64,000 bases of DNA from an uncultured Pelagibacteraceae bacterium. GTDB taxonomy: Bacteria; Pseudomonadota; Alphaproteobacteria; Pelagibacterales; Pelagibacteraceae. Positions within the stretch are counted from its first letter, which is position 1. Each line of letters starts with the position of its first letter. The translations under genes were made by a program, and so were the position numbers. Shown one piece after another: positions 28,497 to 37,965 of the stretch. The notes beneath the pieces are model-generated. The model ran no database searches. It saw nothing but the letters and a program-made list of their open reading frames with translations, and was not told where the DNA came from. The stretch covers positions 2,104 to 66,103 of the forward strand of contig CACOPK010000005.1 of assembly GCA_902629075.1 (NCBI GenBank), written 5' to 3'.

Positions 28497-30866
28497 ATGT
28501 TAGCTCAAATTTATAAAAAAAATATTATTGAAAAACCTAAATTAATTTTTTTTATTTTAATCTGCTGTTTATTGTTATTTAGTTATAACTCTAAAGATTT
28601 TAGGTTAGATGCATCTTCTGAAACTCTACTTATAGAAGGAGATCCAGATTTAAGATATTTAAAAGAGGTAAATCAAAGATACAATTCAAAAGAATTTCTT
28701 GTTTTAACATATACTCCTAATGAAGATATTACTTCAGATAATTCGGTAAATAATCTTTTAAGTTTAAAATATAAACTTCAAAGCCTAAATTGGGTACATA
28801 ATGTTATTACAATATTAGACTTACCATTGTTAAATATTAAAGATGAAACTCTGGCAGATAGACTTCAAAATTTTAGCACTCTTAAGAGCGAAGGAATTGA
28901 TAGGCAAGAAGGATTTGATGAAATATTAAATAGTCCTGTATTTAGAAATTTTGTAGTAAGTGAAGATGGAAAAACAACAGGGATAATTGTTTATCTTAAG
29001 CAGAACGAAGCTGAGCCAATTTTTAAAAATAAAAAAGAAAGAGATATTTTTAGGGATGATATTAAAAAAAAAAATCATCAAAATATTTTAGAAATCAGAG
29101 AAGTTATTAAAGGATATAAAGATGTAGCAAAAATCCATTTAGGTGGAATACCAATGATAGCTGATGACATGATGACCTTTATTAAAAATGATATAGTAAT
29201 TTTTGGCTTAGGTGTATTAATATTTATAATTGTAACATTGTGGTATGTATTTAGAAAATTAGTTTGGATTATTGTTCCTATTTCAAGTTGTCTATTAACA
29301 GTCATTGTCATGACTGGTCTACTTGGAATTCTTGGGTGGAAAGTTACAGTAATATCATCAAACTTCATTGCACTGATGTTAATATTAACAATGGCAATGA
29401 ATATTCATATGAGCACTCGATTTCTTCAATTAAAAAAAAATAATCCAAGTCTAAAAAAAAATGAATTAATCTCAATGACAAGCCAAAAAATGGTTTGGCC
29501 TATAATTTATACTGTATTAACTACAATCTGTGCCTTTCTTTCGTTAATTTTTAGTGAAATAAAACCAATTATAGATTTTGGTTGGATGATGACTATAGGG
29601 CTTCTATCATCTTTTATTGTAACGTTTACTTTACTTCCAACTTTACTGAATTTTTTAGAGGACAAAAATATTTCTTTACAAGAAAATCAAAATTCAAAAT
29701 TCACATCAAGTTTATCAAACTTGACATTAAAAAATAAAAATTTAATTTTTTTTGTTAGCTTCATTGTAATTTTGCTTAGTATTTTTGGAATAAGCAAGCT
29801 CGAAGTAGAAAATAGTTTTATTAACTACTTCAAAAAAAATACTGAAATTTATAAGGGCATGAAACTAATTGATGACAAACTGGGCGGAACAACTCCTCTT
29901 GATATAATTATTAAATTCCCAATAACAAAAAATGACAATTCTGAAAATGAAGAGGATTGGGGTGATATGGGAGAGGATAATGATGAAAAATATTGGTTTA
30001 CAAAGGATAAAATAGATAAAATAGATAAAGTACATAAATACTTGGAAACACTTCCTGCAGTTGGAAAAGTTTTATCTTTTTCCTCCATTGTGGAAGTAGC
30101 TACTGCTTTAAATGATGGAAGGCCTTTAGGTACTTTAGAGATGGGTGTTTTATACTCGAAAATTCCAGAAACTATTAAAAAAGAAATTGTAGATCCATAT
30201 ATTTCAATAAAAGACTCTGAAGCAAGAATAAGCCTTAGAATTAAGGATTCTCTGCCCGATTTAAGAAGAAATGATTTAATTAATCAGATTAATTTTGAGT
30301 TAGAAAACAAGTTAGGTTTAAAAAAGGATGAGTTTAAGTTAACTGGAGTTCTAATTTTATTTAATAATCTACTACAAAGTTTATTTAAATCTCAAATCCT
30401 TACTCTTGGATTTGTCATGGTTGGTATTTTTGCAATGTTTGTAATTTTATTTAAAAATATAAAACTGTCTTTAATTGGTGTGATACCGAATTTTATAGCT
30501 GCCTTTTTTATATTAGGAATAATTGGTATGTTGGGTATTCCCCTTGATATGATGACTATTACAATAGCTGCAATTACAATTGGTATAGCTGTTGATAATA
30601 GCATTCATTATATTTATCGATTTAAAGAAGAATTTTATAAAATAAAGAATTATGAGAAAACAGTTAGTTATTGTCATTCGACCGTAGGTGTTGCAATTTT
30701 AAACACTTCAATAACCATTGTTTTTGGATTTTCAATTTTAGTTCTATCAAATTTCATACCAACAATTTATTTTGGTGTTTTTACTGGAATTGCAATGTTG
30801 CTTGCGATGCTATGTGTTTTAACACTTTTGCCTGCACTATTAATTAAATTTAAACCATTTAAATAA
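28497..30866 (+). CDS. MMPL/RND family membrane exporter
   Basis: Duplicated architecture (TM, periplasmic domain, 5 TM) x2; GIAVDNSIHY in the second half; TLLPALL end. Confidence 0.85.
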   Translation: MLAQIYKKNIIEKPKLIFFILICCLLLFSYNSKDFRLDASSETLLIEGDPDLRYLKEVNQRYNSKEFLVLTYTPNEDITSDNSVNNLLSLKYKLQSLNWVHNVITILDLPLLNIKDETLADRLQNFSTLKSEGIDRQEGFDEILNSPVFRNFVVSEDGKTTGIIVYLKQNEAEPIFKNKKERDIFRDDIKKKNHQNILEIREVIKGYKDVAKIHLGGIPMIADDMMTFIKNDIVIFGLGVLIFIIVTLWYVFRKLVWIIVPISSCLLTVIVMTGLLGILGWKVTVISSNFIALMLILTMAMNIHMSTRFLQLKKNNPSLKKNELISMTSQKMVWPIIYTVLTTICAFLSLIFSEIKPIIDFGWMMTIGLLSSFIVTFTLLPTLLNFLEDKNISLQENQNSKFTSSLSNLTLKNKNLIFFVSFIVILLSIFGISKLEVENSFINYFKKNTEIYKGMKLIDDKLGGTTPLDIIIKFPITKNDNSENEEDWGDMGEDNDEKYWFTKDKIDKIDKVHKYLETLPAVGKVLSFSSIVEVATALNDGRPLGTLEMGVLYSKIPETIKKEIVDPYISIKDSEARISLRIKDSLPDLRRNDLINQINFELENKLGLKKDEFKLTGVLILFNNLLQSLFKSQILTLGFVMVGIFAMFVILFKNIKLSLIGVIPNFIAAFFILGIIGMLGIPLDMMTITIAAITIGIAVDNSIHYIYRFKEEFYKIKNYEKTVSYCHSTVGVAILNTSITIVFGFSILVLSNFIPTIYFGVFTGIAMLLAMLCVLTLLPALLIKFKPFK

Positions 30867-30874
30867 AATTCGGG

Positions 30875-31417
30875 ATGGATAATTTCTTAGATATATTTAA
30901 ACATGTTTCATCGTTAGATATAATTTATATCGTTATAACAATTTTATCTTTAATTAAGTGTTATAAAAAAGGTTTCGTTTTAAGTTTATTATCAGCCTCA
31001 AAATGGCTATTGGCATATGTAATAACTTTATTTTTATTTCCTAAAACAAAACCATACGTAGAGGATATAATTGATAATGAATATGTTCTTGATGTGTCTC
31101 TAGGAATATGTCTATTCATAATAATAATTTTTATAATTCTGTTAATTAACAAAGGAATTAGCAAAGCTGTAACTTATACAGGCATAGGTGGTCTTGATAA
31201 AATATTTGGATTCTTTTTTGGTTTTATTAGAGGCTATGTAATTTCAGTATGTATTTTTGCAACCATAGATATAATTTACAATTCAGATAAGTGGCCAATT
31301 GACGTGGATAACTCCTTTACCTTTCAATTAGTTGAAAAAGGAAGTAACTATCTTATAAAAGAATTCCCAGATAAAAAAGAATATGAAGATGCTAAAGAAA
31401 AAGTTCAAGAGTTATAA
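30875..31417 (+). CDS. cvpA: Colicin V production family membrane protein
   Basis: KGFV, LDKIFGFFFGFIRG; cvpA-purF order. Confidence 0.88.
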   Translation: MDNFLDIFKHVSSLDIIYIVITILSLIKCYKKGFVLSLLSASKWLLAYVITLFLFPKTKPYVEDIIDNEYVLDVSLGICLFIIIIFIILLINKGISKAVTYTGIGGLDKIFGFFFGFIRGYVISVCIFATIDIIYNSDKWPIDVDNSFTFQLVEKGSNYLIKEFPDKKEYEDAKEKVQEL

Positions 31418-32852
31418 TCCTAAGTTAAAAGAAGAGTGCGGTGTATTTGGAATAAGTAGTTTTGAGGATGCTTCTGCTTTAACCGCTTTAGGTTTGCATG
31501 CCCTACAACATAGAGGTCAGGAAGGTTGTGGAATTGTAACTTTTGATGGAATTAAATATTATTCTGAAAAAAGATTTGGTTTAGTTGGTGATAATTTTAA
31601 TAATGAAAAAGTATTGAAAAGTTTGCCAGGAAACTTTGCGATTGGTCATAATAGATATAGTACAACTGGAGGAACAACACTAAGAAATATTCAACCTTTT
31701 TTTGCTGATACTCATGCAGGTGGTATAGGTGTTGCTCATAATGGAAATCTTACTAATGCTTTAACATTAAGACAGAAATTAGTTAAAGATGGAGCTATTT
31801 TTTACTCTACATCTGATACTGAGGTAATAATTCAGTTAATTGCTAAATCAAAAAGATCTACAACAGTTGAAAAAATAACCGATGCAATTTTTCAAATTCA
31901 AGGCGGTTACGCTCTCGTAATGCTTGCTCAAAATAAACTTATAGGGGTTAGAGATCCTTTAGGAATAAGACCTCTTGTTATTGGAAAGTTAAAAAATTCA
32001 TATGTATTGGCGTCTGAAACATGTGCTTTGGATATCATAGGTGCTAAATTTTTAAGAGAAGTTGAAAATGGTGAGATAGTAGTAATTGACAATGATCAAC
32101 TCAAAAGTATAAAACCCTTCCCTGCTAAAAAATCTAGACCATGTATTTTTGAATATATTTATTTTTCAAGACCAGACAGTATTTTAAATGGAAAAACTAC
32201 TTATGAGTTTAGAAAAAAATTTGGAGAACAGTTGGCTTTTGAAGATGATATAAGTGCCGATCTTGTTGTGCCTGTTCCGGATTCAGGAAATGCCGCAGCT
32301 CTTGGATATAGTCAAAAAACCAAAATTAATTTTGATTTAGGCTTAATAAGAAATCATTATGTAGGTAGAACTTTTATTGAACCTGCCCAAAAAATAAGAA
32401 GTTTGGGTGTTAAACTAAAATTAAATGCTAATAAAAGCTCTATAAAAGATAAAAAAATAATATTGATTGATGACTCTCTTGTTAGAGGAACAACTTCTCA
32501 CAAAATAGTTAAGACGCTTTATGATGCTGGTGCTAAAGAAATACATGTAAGAATTGCAAGTCCAGAAATTAAATTTCCTGACTTTTATGGAGTTGATATG
32601 CCAACAAAAGAAGAGCTTCTGGCAGCGAATAAATCTGTAGATGAAATTCGAAATTATATTGGTGCTGACTCTCTAAGATTTTTATCTATAGATGGATTAT
32701 ATAAAGCTATGGGCTATGAAAAAAGAAATGATACCTACCCTCAATTAACCGACCATTATTTCACAGGTGATTATCCAGTTGAAATTATCGATGAATTAGG
32801 AGAAAATAAAATAACTCAACTATCATTATTGAGTACAGGATCAAACAATTAG
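31383..32852 (+). CDS. purF: Amidophosphoribosyltransferase
   Basis: EE|CGVFG Ntn nucleophile, LQHRGQE, GHNRYSTTG, DDSLVRGTT. Confidence 0.98.
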   Translation: MKMLKKKFKSYNPKLKEECGVFGISSFEDASALTALGLHALQHRGQEGCGIVTFDGIKYYSEKRFGLVGDNFNNEKVLKSLPGNFAIGHNRYSTTGGTTLRNIQPFFADTHAGGIGVAHNGNLTNALTLRQKLVKDGAIFYSTSDTEVIIQLIAKSKRSTTVEKITDAIFQIQGGYALVMLAQNKLIGVRDPLGIRPLVIGKLKNSYVLASETCALDIIGAKFLREVENGEIVVIDNDQLKSIKPFPAKKSRPCIFEYIYFSRPDSILNGKTTYEFRKKFGEQLAFEDDISADLVVPVPDSGNAAALGYSQKTKINFDLGLIRNHYVGRTFIEPAQKIRSLGVKLKLNANKSSIKDKKIILIDDSLVRGTTSHKIVKTLYDAGAKEIHVRIASPEIKFPDFYGVDMPTKEELLAANKSVDEIRNYIGADSLRFLSIDGLYKAMGYEKRNDTYPQLTDHYFTGDYPVEIIDELGENKITQLSLLSTGSNN

Positions 32853-32853
32853 T

Positions 32854-33408
32854 ATGAAAAAAGTTAGTTTTACAGAAATGAAACACGGTACAAAGGAAGA
32901 TTATCTATTCTTAGATAAACATGAGAGAAAATATGCTGGAGAGACAGCCGATAGAATTATTAAATTTATGTCTGGACTTACTGAAACATTAGAAGGTTAC
33001 CAAGTTTCTAGACTTGAACACTCGTTACAAAGTGCAACAAAGGCCTTTAAAAATGGTGAGAGCGAGGAAATGGTCGTCGCTGCATTACTGCATGATATTG
33101 GTGATGAATTAGCTCCAATGAATCATTCTGAATATGCGGCAGCAATTTTAAAGCCTTATGTGAGTGAAAAAACACACTGGATAGTAAAAATGCACGGATT
33201 ATTCCAAACTTTTTATTATGTTCATCATCTTGGAGGGAATAGATATAAAAGAGAAGAGTACAAAGATCATAAATATTATCAAGCTACTGTAGATTTTTGT
33301 GAAAATTATGATCAAGGATGTTTTGATCCTAATTATAAATCATTGCCACTTGAACACTTTGCTCCAATGGTAAAAAGGATTTTTTCAAGAAAACCTTACT
33401 CTACCTAA
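32854..33408 (+). CDS. HD-domain protein, PhnZ/TmpB-like diiron family
   Basis: LEHSLQSAT, AALLHDIGD, NH, MH and YD give an H..HD..H..H..D ligand set. Confidence 0.7.
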   Translation: MKKVSFTEMKHGTKEDYLFLDKHERKYAGETADRIIKFMSGLTETLEGYQVSRLEHSLQSATKAFKNGESEEMVVAALLHDIGDELAPMNHSEYAAAILKPYVSEKTHWIVKMHGLFQTFYYVHHLGGNRYKREEYKDHKYYQATVDFCENYDQGCFDPNYKSLPLEHFAPMVKRIFSRKPYST

Positions 33409-34472
33409 GCCTTATTTCTATAATCTTTTATATGTTTTGGAATTCGTTTATTATTTCCAAACATATAATGATTTTCCATATTTTCTCTATATTTGCTAGC
33501 AGGAACTGTTAAACCAACTGACTCAGCAGTTTCTCTAATTAGCATAGGGTTTGCTCCGCAACAAACACCTAAATAATTTATTCCTATATTATAAGCTTCT
33601 TTTGCAAATTGCCCTATTTCATATCTGCTACATTGCATTGGGTCTAAAGCTGTTGGAAATGTAGTTTCATGAGGAGTATGGCAAGTACATCCATTGTTAT
33701 CCGGTAGATTAAAAAAAGTAGGATGCTCATCAGTTGTTCTATAAGTGATAGGTAATCCAGCCATATGACATTTTAATTCTTTTCTAATTTCTTTAAGATA
33801 AGGAAGCATAGTATTAGGGCCTCTATGACAATTCATTCCTACTACGTCCCCTCCCTTTTGTTCCAACTCCTTGCAGGTATCAAGAATAGAAACTCCATCT
33901 CTCATAATATTCTCACCATACGGAGCGATAGTAATAACTGATGGAAGTCCAGTTTCTTTCATCACTTTTAAAGCTGTATAGGCTTCTTCTGCGTAATAAA
34001 AAGTTTCACCAATCAAAATATCTGCTTTCTCATCTACTGCCCAGCCAACCATTTCACGAAACATTTTTTCTACTTCTAATTGGGATTTCTTGTTGTCCTG
34101 ACTCCAAATATTTGAATTTGAAATGTTTCCAGCCATCAAGTTTTGCTCATCTCCCATTGGGCTAACTGCAACTTTTTTTGCAATTTGTAAAGCTGCTCTA
34201 TTAAGAGGCTCTAAAAGTTCCTCTTTACCTATAACACGCATTTTTTCTCTATGACCATTATAAGTAAAAGCTTGAACAATATCAGATCCAGCATGCTGAA
34301 AATCTCTGTGCAAATTTAGCAAAGCCTCAGGATTTTCTAATGAAACCATAGGAACAAACTCACCAGAGGACATATATCCTCTTTTTTCTATTTCAAAAAG
34401 AAATCCTTCTGCACAAATTACTGGACCTTGGTTTAATCTTTCGATTAAATCTCTTTTTTTATCTTTAGTCAT
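33405..34472 (-). CDS. bhmT: Betaine-homocysteine S-methyltransferase
   Basis: AEGFLFE, HRDF.HAGSD, Zn ligands GMNC and GVCCG; preceded by SAM riboswitches. Confidence 0.88.
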   Translation of the reverse strand: MTKDKKRDLIERLNQGPVICAEGFLFEIEKRGYMSSGEFVPMVSLENPEALLNLHRDFQHAGSDIVQAFTYNGHREKMRVIGKEELLEPLNRAALQIAKKVAVSPMGDEQNLMAGNISNSNIWSQDNKKSQLEVEKMFREMVGWAVDEKADILIGETFYYAEEAYTALKVMKETGLPSVITIAPYGENIMRDGVSILDTCKELEQKGGDVVGMNCHRGPNTMLPYLKEIRKELKCHMAGLPITYRTTDEHPTFFNLPDNNGCTCHTPHETTFPTALDPMQCSRYEIGQFAKEAYNIGINYLGVCCGANPMLIRETAESVGLTVPASKYRENMENHYMFGNNKRIPKHIKDYRNKA

Positions 34473-34473
34473 T

Positions 34474-34500
34474 TTCTTCTCCTTTTAATTAGGAGAAGAA
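34474..34500 (-). promoter_or_regulatory. Shine-Dalgarno sequestering hairpin directly before the bhmT start codon
   Basis: UUCUUCUCCU-7 nt-AGGAGAAGAA, a perfect 10-bp stem ending 1 nt before AUG. Confidence 0.75.
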
Positions 34501-34540
34501 GCTCATAGATTAAATGAGGGCAAATAATATGAAACCCCTT

Positions 34541-34597
34541 CTCCTTTTTAGTGCTTTAGCTTAATGCTGGGTGCACAATATGGTTCAAATCACCCGG
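34541..34597 (-). ncRNA. SAM-V riboswitch aptamer
   Basis: GGGUGAUUUGAACCAUAUUGUGCACCC-AGCAUUAAGCU-AAAGCACUAAAAAGGAG matches the SAM-V pattern; upstream of a methionine-synthesis gene. Confidence 0.88.
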
Positions 34598-34615
34598 TTT
34601 CTTTTCTATTTTGGT

Positions 34616-34645
34616 AAAAAAAAACCACCTACTAATGCGGTGGTT
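34616..34645 (-). terminator. Intrinsic terminator between the SAM-II and SAM-V aptamers
   Basis: AACCACC-GCAUUAGUA-GGUGGUU followed by a U run. Confidence 0.85.
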
Positions 34646-34650
34646 GATGG

Positions 34651-34703
34651 CATCGCTTTAGCAGGATTTATATAGCGCCTGCAATTTGATAAAAATCAGC
34701 GCT
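34651..34703 (-). ncRNA. SAM-II riboswitch aptamer
   Basis: AGCGCUGAUUU..AUUGCAGGCGCU..AUAAAU..UGCUAAAG matches the SAM-II pseudoknot pattern. Confidence 0.85.
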
Positions 34704-34750
34704 TGTTATTACATTATCAGAATATTAAATACATTCAACAAAGTAATTTT

Positions 34751-36691
34751 ATGGAAAATCAATTAAAAAATGAACAAAGTCCCTATTTAAAACAACATAA
34801 AGATAATCCTGTTCATTGGTTGGCATGGAATAAAGAGAGTTTAGAAAAAGCTAAAGACCAAAAAAAACCAATTTTTTTAAGTGTCGGATACGCAAGTTGT
34901 CATTGGTGCCATGTCATGGCTCATGAGAGTTTTGAAAACAATGAGACTGCAAAAATTATGAATGAAAAATTTATCAATATAAAGGTTGATAGAGAAGAAA
35001 GGCCCGATCTTGATTTTATATTTCAAAAAAGTTTAGCTATTTTAACCGGAGCACAAGGTGGGTGGCCACTTTCAATGTTTTTAGATGAAAATGCTGTACC
35101 TTTTACTGGTGGCACTTATTTTCCTCCAAAGGAACTACAAGGAAGACCAAGTTTTAATAGTGTTTTAGAAAATGTTTCAAAAGTATACCAAGAAAATAGA
35201 AATAAAATACTAAATCAAGCAGTACAAATGAGAGAGGTTTTTAAAAATCTTAACCAAAAAAATGCTGTTCTTAAACAAGATTTAGAACCATACGTTGAAA
35301 AAATTATACAATATACAGATGAGACAAATGGAGGTTTTAAGGGTGCTCCTAAATTTCCACAATTTTATATTTTTGATACTATTCTACATTTTTACAACAA
35401 AACAAAAAATAAAAAATATTTAGATGTAGTAGAAAAATTATTACTAAGTTTATCGTCAAAAGGTATTTATGATCATTTAGAGGGTGGAATTTCGAGGTAT
35501 ACTGTTGACGAAAAATGGATCGTGCCTCACTTTGAAAAAATGCTTTATGATAATATTCAATATGTAAATTTACTTAATAATTATCTTAGCAATAAAGAAA
35601 ATAATTATTTAAAACTAAAACTAATACAAACAATTAAATTTATAAATTCTGAATTTATAGTTAAAAATAATTTACTTGGGTCAGCTTATGATGCTGATAG
35701 TGATGGGGTTGAAGGGAAATACTATGTTTGGAAATACCAAGAATTAAAAGATATTTTAGGAAATGATTTAGAAAGCTTCAAAAAAAAATACCAAATATCT
35801 GAACAAGGAAATTTTGAAGGATCAAATATTTTAATTGAAAATTTAGGTTCAAATATAAGTACAGACTCAAAAATTTTAGAAATTGAACAAAAACTTTTGG
35901 AAATTAGAAAAAAAAGGAATAAACCTTTTTTTGATGATAAATCTCAAACTGATTTGAATGCATTTTGGGTATATACAAATCTATACTCATCAATAATTCT
36001 GAATGATAAAATTTTGTTTGATAAATCAATCAAAAATTTTGAAAATCTTAACCAAATTTATCAATATAAGTTATTTCATTGTTATAATGATAACAAACAA
36101 ATTGATGTTTTTTTAGAAGATTATGTTTATTTTTCTTTGCTTTTACTGTGCTACTATGAGTTTACAAAAAAACAATCCTCATTGGAAAACTGTATTAAGT
36201 TAATGGATGAAGCCTGGAGCAATTTTTTTAATTCTAATGAAGGAATTCTACAAAAAAATAAAGTTCAATCTAATGATCTTTTTGTAGAGCCTATTGATCT
36301 AAATGATAATAATATACCAAATGGAAATAGTATTTATTTATTAATTGCCAATAAATTAAACAATATTGCTCCTGATAGTAAATGGAAGGAAAGAATAGAT
36401 ATATTATCTAGATCTTTTCACTCACATATAAACTCAAATTTTTCTCAAATGTTTAGCTATATTAAAATTTTAGATATATGTGAGGATAACATTACCGTCA
36501 CAATTAATTTAAAAAATACTGATTTAATTGAGAAAATAAGAGAACAAGTGATCAAAAAATTTATGGATAAAGCTTCAATTATATATAAAGAGGATAGTAG
36601 TGAAGATTATTTTATTGTTTGTAAAAAACAAACATGTTCACCTAAATTAAAAAATTTAGAAGAATTAGAAAATTATTTTAAAAATTTATGA
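34751..36691 (+). CDS. Thioredoxin-domain protein (YyaL/SPATA20, DUF255 family)
   Basis: SPYLKQH..NPVHW, CHWCHVMAHESF, KVDREERPD, PHFEKMLYDN; ATG at 34751 preferred over the TTG at 34703. Confidence 0.9.
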   Translation: MENQLKNEQSPYLKQHKDNPVHWLAWNKESLEKAKDQKKPIFLSVGYASCHWCHVMAHESFENNETAKIMNEKFINIKVDREERPDLDFIFQKSLAILTGAQGGWPLSMFLDENAVPFTGGTYFPPKELQGRPSFNSVLENVSKVYQENRNKILNQAVQMREVFKNLNQKNAVLKQDLEPYVEKIIQYTDETNGGFKGAPKFPQFYIFDTILHFYNKTKNKKYLDVVEKLLLSLSSKGIYDHLEGGISRYTVDEKWIVPHFEKMLYDNIQYVNLLNNYLSNKENNYLKLKLIQTIKFINSEFIVKNNLLGSAYDADSDGVEGKYYVWKYQELKDILGNDLESFKKKYQISEQGNFEGSNILIENLGSNISTDSKILEIEQKLLEIRKKRNKPFFDDKSQTDLNAFWVYTNLYSSIILNDKILFDKSIKNFENLNQIYQYKLFHCYNDNKQIDVFLEDYVYFSLLLLCYYEFTKKQSSLENCIKLMDEAWSNFFNSNEGILQKNKVQSNDLFVEPIDLNDNNIPNGNSIYLLIANKLNNIAPDSKWKERIDILSRSFHSHINSNFSQMFSYIKILDICEDNITVTINLKNTDLIEKIREQVIKKFMDKASIIYKEDSSEDYFIVCKKQTCSPKLKNLEELENYFKNL

Positions 36692-37965
36692 TAACAAAAG
36701 ATAGTTTTATAAATTATTTTAGATCTGGCATTAAAGAAACCAATGATTGTGGGATAGGTATTGAACATGAAAAATTTGTATTTTTGGATAATAAAAGAGC
36801 AGATTATCAATCAATATTAAATTTATTTGAAAAGCTTTATGAATTTGGTTGGGAGCCAGTAAAGGAAGGTACAAATATAATAGCTCTTAAAAAAGGAAAT
36901 AAAAATATAACTTTAGAACCAGGAAATCAGATAGAACTATCTGGTGAAAAATTAAAAAGCATTCATCAAACTTGTGGTGAGTCACAAGAATATATATTTG
37001 AATTAAACCAATCATTAAAAAAATTAAATCTAAATTTAATTAGTTCTGGCTTTGATCCAATATCCAAAATTGAAAAAGTTCCATCTAATCCAAAAAATAG
37101 ATACGATCTAATGACTAAAATTATGCCACTTTTTGGAAAATTAAGTTTAGATATGATGTATAGAACATGTGGAACTCAAGTAAATATAGATTATACGTCT
37201 GAAAAAGATTTTAGTAAAAAATTTTTTGTAGTTAATAGATTAGTTCCAATAACGATTGCACTATTTGCAAATTCAGGAATTGTTGAAAAAAATAAAAGTG
37301 GTTATCTGTCATATAGATCGTATGCTTGGCAAAATACTTATAGAGGTGGATTGCCAAAAATATTTTTGGAAAATATGGATTTTGAAAAGTATGCAGATTT
37401 TAGTTTAAACTATCCTATGCTTTTCTTAAAAAGAAATGACAATTATATTGATGCTAAAAATAAAACATTCCAAAATTTTATAGATGGTGATATTGAAAAA
37501 GCTTCTCCTAATGAAGAAGATGTTGCAGACCATTTAAGCACAATCTTTACAGAAAATAGATTAAAAAAATATATTGAGATTCGTTCGATGGATGCTTGTG
37601 GATGGGATTGTCTGTGTGCTGGTCCTGCATTTTTCATTGGATTATTATATGGAAAACTTGATGAAGTATTTGATGTTGTAAAAAGATGGAACATAGATGA
37701 AATAATATCTGCCTATAAAGAATCGCCAAAAAAAGGTTTAAAAACAATTTTAGGAAAAAAATCTATTTTAGATTTGTCCAAAGATTTATTTGAAATATCA
37801 AAACAAGGCTTAGTAAATAGAAATGAATTAAATAGCAAAAAACAAAATGAAGTTAAATTCTTAGATCATATTAAAACTATTATAGATACTAATAGCACCA
37901 ATGCAGAGGCAATAATGGCCCAGTATCAAAAAGACAAAAATTTCTTCAATATTAATGAAAAATAA
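36688..37965 (+). CDS. gshA: Glutamate--cysteine ligase (alphaproteobacterial/plant type)
   Basis: IGIEHEKF, ITLEPGNQIELSG, DMMYRTCGTQVN, HLSTIFTE.RLKKYIE.R; adjacent to gshB. Confidence 0.92.
   Translation: MITKDSFINYFRSGIKETNDCGIGIEHEKFVFLDNKRADYQSILNLFEKLYEFGWEPVKEGTNIIALKKGNKNITLEPGNQIELSGEKLKSIHQTCGESQEYIFELNQSLKKLNLNLISSGFDPISKIEKVPSNPKNRYDLMTKIMPLFGKLSLDMMYRTCGTQVNIDYTSEKDFSKKFFVVNRLVPITIALFANSGIVEKNKSGYLSYRSYAWQNTYRGGLPKIFLENMDFEKYADFSLNYPMLFLKRNDNYIDAKNKTFQNFIDGDIEKASPNEEDVADHLSTIFTENRLKKYIEIRSMDACGWDCLCAGPAFFIGLLYGKLDEVFDVVKRWNIDEIISAYKESPKKGLKTILGKKSILDLSKDLFEISKQGLVNRNELNSKKQNEVKFLDHIKTIIDTNSTNAEAIMAQYQKDKNFFNINEK

Noticed and set aside
34703-34750. TTG start for the YyaL-like gene
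   Set aside because: It abuts the SAM-II leader/promoter region; family similarity starts at MENQL (34751).
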